In this document: positions 56,685 to 64,000 of the stretch, in pieces
How positions within the stretch are numbered: position 1 is the stretch's first letter
Layout: each line of letters begins with the position of its first letter
From: a virus
DNA: 64,000 nt
Virus record (IMG/VR): IMGVR_UViG_3300014838_000015
Location: 37,226 to 101,225 of that record
Direction: 5' to 3' (one strand)
Notes under the pieces: generated by a model
Database searches by the model: none
What the model saw: the letters and a program-made list of their open reading frames with translations, nothing else
What the model was told of the DNA's origin: nothing
Program-made: the position numbers and the translations under genes

Positions 56685-58529
56685 ATGACACTTCAACGTG
56701 ATGACCTAAAGAACGTAAGGCAAAGGAAATATCTTGCAAAAGATTTTCCTGCCCTACGAACGATGTTATTGGAGTACGCTCGTCAATATTATCCAAACAA
56801 CTTAAAGGATTTTTCAGAGTCTTCTTTGGGTGGATTGTTGATCGACCTTGCCGCATTCATTGGTGATAATTCTTCGTTCTATTTAGATCATCAATTTGGT
56901 GAATTAGATGTAACAACTGCAGTTGAACCAATAAACATTCAACACATTTTGAATGCAGCCGGTGTTTCCATCGTTGGTGCCGCGCCTTCGCTAGTTTTAG
57001 TTACATTTTACGTAGAAGTTCCAGCTGCAAATGTCAACAACCAAATAGGGTTTGATCAAACCGCGATTCCAATCATCAAAGCGAACTCTAGCTTCTTAGC
57101 AAACAACGGCACGGTGTTTAACCTCATCAATGACGTTGACTTCACATCGTTGACAAGCTCCGGTACGTTTTCAGCCAGCGTTAAAATCAATCAAAAGAAC
57201 GCCAACGGCATACCTCTTACATACATCATGTCGCTGTCGGGATTGTGCATCTCTGGCCAAGAAACAACGGAAAACATCGTTGTTGGTCAAAACTTCGTTC
57301 CGTTCAACAAGATCGTTCTACAGAACGCAAACGTATCTCAAATTGTATCAGTCAGTGATCTGTTAGGTAACATTTACTATCAAGTTTCAGCGTTATCGGA
57401 CGACGTCGTTTACCAGAACGTTCTCAATACCTCATCCGACAATGACATCGTACCCAACACGATCAAAATCATTCCAGCGCCCTATAGATACATTGCGAAC
57501 ACAGATCTTGTTTCTAGACGAACAACGTTGACGTTCGGCGGAGGGAACGCAGATTCGTTTGATGATGATATCATTCCTGATCCCTCAAGCTTTGCAATAT
57601 CGTTACCATACACGACAACGTTTTCTCGTGTATCAGTCAATCCTCAGCAATTACTGCAAACGTCAACGCTTGGCGTTGCATCAGCTAACACAACGTATGC
57701 GATCACGTATCGTTATGGTGGTGGATTGAGTCATAACGTTGATCCTGGTTCTATACAAAGCATCAAACACATCAACGTTGTCTTTCCAAATAATCCTACG
57801 CCCGCCGTTGCAGCTAACGTTAGATCTAGCCTACAATTGACGAACGTGGGACGCGCAGCAGGTGGAGATGATGCTCCTACGTCTGATGAACTCAAGTACC
57901 TCGTGCCTGCCGTCAAGAACAGTCAAGAAAGAATCGTCACTCGTGAGGACCTCTTAGCACGAGTTTACACGATTCCGTCGAATTTCGGTCGAGTGTTTAG
58001 GGCAGCCTGTAGATCTAATCCACACAATCCATTAGCAACTCAGTTATTCATAGTTTCACGTAATGCTCAAGGTCAATTGATCACATCGCCTGATACGTTG
58101 AAGCAGAACCTCGTAAAATACTTGAATCCCTACAGGATGATCAGCGATGCAATAGACGTGTTAGACGCAAGGATAGTTGATTTTACGTTTGATTTTGATA
58201 TTTTAATTGATCCATCGTTGAATAGAACGATCGTTATTCAAAACGTTCTAACGAAGCTACAATCGACGTTTGCAATCACTAACTTTCAGATAGATCAACC
58301 AATAGTCATCGATGTCATTAGAAACGTGATTTTTAACATCGCTGGTGTCATTTCAATCAATAACATGCAATTCACAAACGTTGCAGGATTGGTCAACAAT
58401 CAACAATATAGCACGGTAACGTATGATTTTTCATCGAACACAAAGAATGGTCTTATATTTCCTCCAAGCGGTGGAATATTCGAAGTGAGGTATTCAACGA
58501 CTGACATTCAAGGTACGTCTAGCACGTGA
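56685..58529 (+). CDS. Baseplate wedge protein, gp6/baseplate J-like
   Basis: YLAKDF..LR..L..YA..YYP....DFSE.S.G...IDLAA..GD..SFY.D; YRYGGG; GGDD; Q.R.VT.ED. Confidence 0.88.
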   Translation: MTLQRDDLKNVRQRKYLAKDFPALRTMLLEYARQYYPNNLKDFSESSLGGLLIDLAAFIGDNSSFYLDHQFGELDVTTAVEPINIQHILNAAGVSIVGAAPSLVLVTFYVEVPAANVNNQIGFDQTAIPIIKANSSFLANNGTVFNLINDVDFTSLTSSGTFSASVKINQKNANGIPLTYIMSLSGLCISGQETTENIVVGQNFVPFNKIVLQNANVSQIVSVSDLLGNIYYQVSALSDDVVYQNVLNTSSDNDIVPNTIKIIPAPYRYIANTDLVSRRTTLTFGGGNADSFDDDIIPDPSSFAISLPYTTTFSRVSVNPQQLLQTSTLGVASANTTYAITYRYGGGLSHNVDPGSIQSIKHINVVFPNNPTPAVAANVRSSLQLTNVGRAAGGDDAPTSDELKYLVPAVKNSQERIVTREDLLARVYTIPSNFGRVFRAACRSNPHNPLATQLFIVSRNAQGQLITSPDTLKQNLVKYLNPYRMISDAIDVLDARIVDFTFDFDILIDPSLNRTIVIQNVLTKLQSTFAITNFQIDQPIVIDVIRNVIFNIAGVISINNMQFTNVAGLVNNQQYSTVTYDFSSNTKNGLIFPPSGGIFEVRYSTTDIQGTSST

Positions 58530-58586
58530 AGTCAACGATGCTTTTAACGTTACGTTGTGAACTTCACGCCATCCTATTTATGACAC

Positions 58587-60086
58587 ATGTTCAAGGCACT
58601 TTTAGCTGATAATGATGCGTATATTTCTAATCGTATCATCAATGCTCAACCTCAGTTAAATGCAAACGTAGGTGGCGCTGGATCGCTTGATTTGTATAAA
58701 CTTTACGGTTACACGTCAACGACCATTGGAACTAGTTCAATTCAAAACGTTGAATTAACACGTTTGCTCATTCACTTCGATCTGAATCCGTTACGTGATC
58801 TTGTAACACAAGGATTAATAGACCCAAACAACTCAACGTTTACGTGTAAGCTTCACTTGTTCGATGTGTATGGTGGACAACCAACGCCTAACAATTTCAC
58901 GGTGTCTGTGTTTCCTCTATCGTCATCATTCACTGAAGGATTGGGTAGAGACGTTGTTTACTACTCCGATTACGATGCGTGTAATTGGTTGACATCATCG
59001 TATGCTAGCGGTAGTTGGTTAGCATCTGGTTGTGGTTTTGGCGGCGGGTTAACAGGACCATGTGATTACATTACATCATCGCAATTTGCTACAACGCAGT
59101 ACTTTCAAACCGGAATTGAGGATCTTAACGTTGACGTAACGCAAGTAGTTTCCGCGACGTTGGCTAACATAATACCTGATTCTGGATTCAGGATTAGCTT
59201 CAATCAAACGTTAGAATCTGACACACACAGTTACTTCGTGAAACGATTCGCATCGAGGTCTGCATTCAACGATGAACTTCATCCAAGGTTGATTGTTAGG
59301 TTTGATGATTCAATTCAAGATGACACAAATAACGTTTACCTTGATTCACAATGTACGTTGTTCATGTACAATTACTCACGTTCAAGCCTAACGAACCTGC
59401 TGTCTGGCACGAACGTTGTGTCTGGTTCTAATTGTCTTTCATTGACATTGACGACGCCAGTTTCTGGAAGCACACAAACGTTAACGTTCAATGCATCGCA
59501 GTTCAAGCTTGGATCAAATTACCAGACGGGAATTTACTCTGCGTCGATCTTCGTTCCATCAACTTATCCGTTGCTTCAAGAACAATGGCAAGCGTCTGGA
59601 TCTATTACATTTACGCCAATTTGGAAATCACTTGATGGTACTATGGCGTACGTTACAGGTAGCACGTTCAAAGCGTATCCCGCTCAACGTGGACCCGCAA
59701 CTCTTGCAACGCACAAGTATTCGTTGTCAATTCTTGGTCTCAGGGACGAAGTCTACCATCACGAATGCACAACGCTACGTGTTAACATCTTCGATTACAC
59801 TCAACCGTACCTTCTCAACGCCATTAAATTGCCCGTTGAATTACCAGGAATCACGATCAGGGACGTGCATTACCAGGTTCGTGACAACGATTCTTGTTTC
59901 GTAGCGATACCATTTGATACAATAACGAATTCGACCAGGTTATCAAACGATTCATCGAGCATGTTTTTTAATCTTGATGCATCAAATCTCACTCGTGGAA
60001 GATCATACGTGATTGATGTGTTGATTGTTACGAATAACAACAAACAACTCTACAAATCAGTTTCAGCGCCGTTTAGGGTTGTCTGA
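58587..60086 (+). CDS. Virion (baseplate/tail) structural protein
   Basis: 499 aa, S/T/G-rich beta protein in the baseplate module; TATTTA 6 nt before ATG. Confidence 0.65.
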   Translation: MFKALLADNDAYISNRIINAQPQLNANVGGAGSLDLYKLYGYTSTTIGTSSIQNVELTRLLIHFDLNPLRDLVTQGLIDPNNSTFTCKLHLFDVYGGQPTPNNFTVSVFPLSSSFTEGLGRDVVYYSDYDACNWLTSSYASGSWLASGCGFGGGLTGPCDYITSSQFATTQYFQTGIEDLNVDVTQVVSATLANIIPDSGFRISFNQTLESDTHSYFVKRFASRSAFNDELHPRLIVRFDDSIQDDTNNVYLDSQCTLFMYNYSRSSLTNLLSGTNVVSGSNCLSLTLTTPVSGSTQTLTFNASQFKLGSNYQTGIYSASIFVPSTYPLLQEQWQASGSITFTPIWKSLDGTMAYVTGSTFKAYPAQRGPATLATHKYSLSILGLRDEVYHHECTTLRVNIFDYTQPYLLNAIKLPVELPGITIRDVHYQVRDNDSCFVAIPFDTITNSTRLSNDSSSMFFNLDASNLTRGRSYVIDVLIVTNNNKQLYKSVSAPFRVV

Positions 60087-60131
60087 TATGCTGCTCGTAG
60101 TGATACGTAGCTACCAGAGCCCTTCAATAAC

Positions 60132-63100
60132 ATGACCATTGTTACAAACAATCCATACATTCCGTCGTTTTTGAGGGCGGCTATGATTGGTAGCGGGCCA
60201 TTGGTTGCTACGTGGCAGACGTTGGCCGATACGAACGTGTTATCAAGTTCATCGTTTCAATATGATTCAGCATATAAGGGTCTTAAATCATCGCAGCAAT
60301 TGAACGTTGATTGGTCACAATTTCAATCACACACGTTTTTTATGTCAGCCGAAGCGAAGGTTAACCTTGCGTTTGATCAGATCATAAATGGATTTCCGTT
60401 TGATGGAACTCGACAAGAGACTGAAGTGTTCTTTGATAATCTGACGGGGTTTGATAAGTGGGTGTTTGATCAATTTCCCACGTTCCACGGCGAACTACAA
60501 TTTAGTGGATCTCAAATCGATGGCATCGTTCCAGCAACTGGACCAACGTCCGTTCTTGGTCAAAGCGGCGGCACGTACATTGTTACGCAAAATAAGGTTG
60601 GAGCGTTGTTTCCAGAACTCGTGAATGGTGATGGTAACACGGGCGCGCAGGTTCTCAACCCAACCGGTAGCCAATCGTTAACGATAGAAATGCAGTTATA
60701 TCTGCCTCCAATCGCCAACGGTTTTCAAACGGTCTGTCAGATGCTTGATAACACGAACGTTGGTAGTTTAGGTGGATCAATTCAGGGATTTTCATTGTTT
60801 TTGACGCAAACACCATCAACCGGTTCTGTCGGTGCAACGTTCGTTGTTGTGTCAGGTAGCAATTACATGACAGTGCCACTTACGTTGCAAAAAGGCACGT
60901 TCAATCACATTGCGCTTGAACTCAATCGCGATAGCGGGTTACCTTACCTCGAATCTTACATAAATTCAAATCTTGCAGGCGAATCTGATTACCAGGTTGA
61001 AATTGGTGATCTAACAATCAATAATGCGAACTTTTTGATCGGTAATGGCACGCCTGTTCAATATGGATCAACATTATTCGTACCAAACCAAACGTTATCA
61101 GGTACGATCGATGAATTCAGAGTGTTTCACAGTGCAAGGTCTCCTCAACAACAGGCAGCATACGCATCGAAAGCCTTGTATGCGACGTCTGACCTTGTGT
61201 TATACTACAGGTTCAACGAACCAACCGGCAGCCTAGACACAACGCAAAGCACCACAAGCATAAACAGCGTTGCATTGGATTCTAGCGGTAACTCACTTCA
61301 TGCATTGATTAGCAATTTTTCGTTCAATCTACGAATGGACGCAACGATTGATCCATTGAATCCCGTGTCGAACGAACGGACTGACATGTGTCCGGTGTTG
61401 TTTCCAGCGTATCCTCAAGTCGTATCATTAAATCAATCATTGTTGACAAGCGGAAGCTTTTACGATCAAGAGAATCCAAACCTAATCACTAGGTTGGTTC
61501 CTCAACACTACCTTTTAGAAGGTGCTCAACAGGACGGTTATACCGATCCCGTTGAAGGAAACGACGATCAACCGTATTCTGGCACTGGAATTCCAGGTCA
61601 GGGTAAAATCGGTAGCGTACAGATCATGGTATCGTTGTTATACGTTTATGCTCGTTTCTTTGATGAGATGAAAATGTTCATCGATGCATTTAGCACGCTT
61701 CGAACGGTTGATTACGATACGAACAACGTTATTGCACCTGACACCGTACCCGATTCATTCTTGATAAACTTTGTTAATAGCTATGGATTTTATTTGCCAC
61801 CGTTGTTTTCAGACGCTGATATAGAACAATACGTTCGTGGTGAGAACATTGAAATTGATCAGTACTCAACCAACAACAACACGTTGAGGTACGTACAGAA
61901 CACGTTGATGAGACGCGTGTTGAAGAGTTTACCCTCGGTGTTGAAGTCAAAGGGTACGCAGTTTAGCATCGGTGCGTTTCTTCGATCGGTTGGTATCGAT
62001 CCAAACAACATCATGAGGTTGCGTGAGGTCGGTGGTCCAACAACGCAGCAGTTATCATTCGCTAGAGAAAACAAAATAGATCACAATGCAATGATTACGT
62101 TTTCAGGTGATGAACTCGTTGTGTCACCGTTCTTATCAGCATCTCGAACAGAGCCTGGATTTCCATTGCCTGCTGGCACACCAGTGTACAACAAATTAGG
62201 AAACATGGTTGGCACAACGAACAAAAGCGATGGATTGCTAACGTCAGGTTCATGGACGTGGGAAGGAATCGTGAGGTTCACGCCAGTATCAGTTGAAGAA
62301 ATGAATGGCTCTGTTCAATCGCTTGCTAGATTGTGTGTTACAGGATCGACTGCTGGATCATCGTTGGGTAGTTCTGGCATCGTTGCGAACCTAATTGCAG
62401 TATCATCGTCCATTCAACCTAGGCTTGGATTGTACGTGCGTCCTGGAGCATCGGCAACGTCACCGTTGTTGTACATGGAAGTGGACACACCGTCTCCAAA
62501 CGTTTACACGGGTCCATTACCGTTAGGAATGTTCAACTACGATAGGTGGAACGTTTCTTTTGGTTGTCAACGAGCTGACGATGGACTGTGCAGTTCAGTG
62601 TCATCATCGTACTTCCTTCGTTTGGCATATCAGAATAACGGTAAAATAGAGTGGATGCAAACGACGAGCTCGTATTTTCAAGAGTGTCCAAACGGTGAGC
62701 AAAACGTTTTCACAACGTTGGGCAGCGTTGCAAATGCAAATGGCACGTTCATCGCGATGGGCGCAGATCAACCTGTTTCAACTGGTATAGGATCAGGTTA
62801 CTTGCACCTAAACAACGTTCTCGTGGCACCCGAAGAGGCTCAAACGACGGCTTTCAACGGTCGATTGAGCAACGTTAGGTTTTGGTCTAAGGCTCTCACA
62901 GAAACGGAATGGGAAGAACACGTAAGGAACTATAATTCAGTCGGCGTCGAAAATCCAAGTTCGAATTGGAATTACGTAACCAACGTGACTGGTTCATGGG
63001 GCAGGTTACGATTGAATTCAATGACAAAACAGGACGTGCGTAATGCCGACGTCAACGGAAAGATCACGTTCATCGACTACAGCGAAAATTGTTTTCACCT

Positions 63101-63734
63101 AACCGGCAGCAATTTTCCGCAGCTACAAGAAGCTGTTTCTGGCGAGGTGTTCGATCTCAGCTTCTTTAGTCCGTACTTTGATGAGGCAACGTCAAACCAG
63201 AAGGTTAGGATTAGATCGTTCTTGGATCTTGATCTGGTTGAACAGACGCCTTGGGCATCGATGGCACCCGTGTACGAGATAACTCCAAGCGAACGTCCAA
63301 CGGACGACGTTCGTTTCATCATGGAATTTTCGCTTGTTGAAGCGCTCAATAGAGACATCATTTCCATATTTGGAACGTTGGACGCATTGGATAATGCATT
63401 GGGTGATGGAAACCTCGTGTTTTCACCTGATTATCCAGAGCTTGAGGTGCTTCGAGATGTTTACTTCAACAGGATCAAGGATAAACTCAATTTTGAGGCA
63501 TTTTTTGAATTCTTTAGATGGTTCGATTCATCTGTCGGTGGGTTCATTCAACAGTTGATACCACGAAAAACGATATTCAAGGGTGTGAACTTTACGATAG
63601 AGTCTCACATGCTCGAACGTCACAAGATGAACTACGATGCGCAATCTCAGATCTACCTTGGAGACTCGAATAGAACGAACTTGAACGCTCAAATACTTCT
63701 ACAATTCATCGAAGGAGATATACGTAAGTTCTAA
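60132..63734 (+). CDS. Large baseplate/tail protein with LamG (concanavalin A-like) domains
   Basis: HIAL...YIN...IGNG...GTIDEFRVF...LVLYYRFNE; second GRLSNVRFWSKALT; LKSKGT wedge-like motif. Confidence 0.75.
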   Translation: MTIVTNNPYIPSFLRAAMIGSGPLVATWQTLADTNVLSSSSFQYDSAYKGLKSSQQLNVDWSQFQSHTFFMSAEAKVNLAFDQIINGFPFDGTRQETEVFFDNLTGFDKWVFDQFPTFHGELQFSGSQIDGIVPATGPTSVLGQSGGTYIVTQNKVGALFPELVNGDGNTGAQVLNPTGSQSLTIEMQLYLPPIANGFQTVCQMLDNTNVGSLGGSIQGFSLFLTQTPSTGSVGATFVVVSGSNYMTVPLTLQKGTFNHIALELNRDSGLPYLESYINSNLAGESDYQVEIGDLTINNANFLIGNGTPVQYGSTLFVPNQTLSGTIDEFRVFHSARSPQQQAAYASKALYATSDLVLYYRFNEPTGSLDTTQSTTSINSVALDSSGNSLHALISNFSFNLRMDATIDPLNPVSNERTDMCPVLFPAYPQVVSLNQSLLTSGSFYDQENPNLITRLVPQHYLLEGAQQDGYTDPVEGNDDQPYSGTGIPGQGKIGSVQIMVSLLYVYARFFDEMKMFIDAFSTLRTVDYDTNNVIAPDTVPDSFLINFVNSYGFYLPPLFSDADIEQYVRGENIEIDQYSTNNNTLRYVQNTLMRRVLKSLPSVLKSKGTQFSIGAFLRSVGIDPNNIMRLREVGGPTTQQLSFARENKIDHNAMITFSGDELVVSPFLSASRTEPGFPLPAGTPVYNKLGNMVGTTNKSDGLLTSGSWTWEGIVRFTPVSVEEMNGSVQSLARLCVTGSTAGSSLGSSGIVANLIAVSSSIQPRLGLYVRPGASATSPLLYMEVDTPSPNVYTGPLPLGMFNYDRWNVSFGCQRADDGLCSSVSSSYFLRLAYQNNGKIEWMQTTSSYFQECPNGEQNVFTTLGSVANANGTFIAMGADQPVSTGIGSGYLHLNNVLVAPEEAQTTAFNGRLSNVRFWSKALTETEWEEHVRNYNSVGVENPSSNWNYVTNVTGSWGRLRLNSMTKQDVRNADVNGKITFIDYSENCFHLTGSNFPQLQEAVSGEVFDLSFFSPYFDEATSNQKVRIRSFLDLDLVEQTPWASMAPVYEITPSERPTDDVRFIMEFSLVEALNRDIISIFGTLDALDNALGDGNLVFSPDYPELEVLRDVYFNRIKDKLNFEAFFEFFRWFDSSVGGFIQQLIPRKTIFKGVNFTIESHMLERHKMNYDAQSQIYLGDSNRTNLNAQILLQFIEGDIRKF

Positions 63735-63752
63735 TTTACGTATGTAAATCAC

Positions 63753-64000
63753 ATGCCTCGTTTCATAAATGATTTAGACGTTTTTTACGATCCAAGCCTT
63801 CAAAAAGCCTTCAGCCCGGCATTCGATGAAGGAACTGTTCCTGCAATTCCACCTACGAATCCAAGCATCGTTCTATCAACGACAACATCGTTGATACCAT
63901 TTCCTGCTCCCAAATCAACCATTAGTTATTACGATGCGTCAAAAGGCGTGACGTTGAACGGTACATACGTTGCTGGTTGGGCAGATCAATTAGGAACGAA
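63753..64000 (+). CDS. Virion protein, partial (LamG-like start)
   Basis: Manual translation MPRFINDLDVFYDP...YYDASKGVTLNGTYVAGWADQ, open to the edge; TACGTA upstream. Confidence 0.65.
   Translation, partial: MPRFINDLDVFYDPSLQKAFSPAFDEGTVPAIPPTNPSIVLSTTTSLIPFPAPKSTISYYDASKGVTLNGTYVAGWADQLGT

Noticed and set aside
1-64000. Genome-wide stop-codon reassignment (TAG or TGA)
   Set aside because: Genes are intact under code 11, and TAG and TGA end well-defined proteins at natural positions (nadV TAG 43958-43960, sigma TAG, many ATGA overlaps).

Overview
This 64-kb window is from a very large (jumbo/huge) myovirus-like phage genome using genetic code 11. The left arm (1-22.7 kb, mostly minus strand) carries virion structural genes interleaved with three free-standing homing endonucleases. 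It also has PIN-PhoH, a stand-alone sigma region-4 protein, an Hc1 histone-like protein, a DinG-type helicase and a degenerate GroEL-like protein. The strand switch (22.75-23.10 kb) is an AT-rich non-coding block of perfect palindromes and a duplicated segment, probably an origin. The right arm (plus strand) starts with an 18-kb glycan biosynthesis cluster: glycosyltransferases, methyltransferases, a 4,6-dehydratase, an aminotransferase, and an acyltransferase-ACP-VOC-FkbH cassette. Next come an NAD+ salvage/ADP-ribose module (NadM-Nudix, NadV, macrodomain), a Pth2-like hydrolase, small membrane proteins and an atypical tRNA. The arm ends with a Cas4-like nuclease, two more GT4s, a fourth homing endonuclease, a gp55-like late sigma factor and a baseplate module (gp5-, gp25- and gp6-like, plus LamG proteins). 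The best candidate for an undescribed system is phage-encoded virion glycosylation: an ACP-dependent N-glyceroyl amino-sugar pathway, plus a recurring [ST]-G-[ST] motif in tail/baseplate proteins that may be the acceptor site. Other leads are a conserved structural gene with no canonical start codon that lies in frame behind an altered homing endonuclease, strong enrichment of AACGTT, widespread leaderless promoter architecture, paired leader hairpins on the NAD genes, and an out-of-frame RGPP motif ahead of the Pth2 operon. All family calls come from motif recognition by eye; no searches were run.
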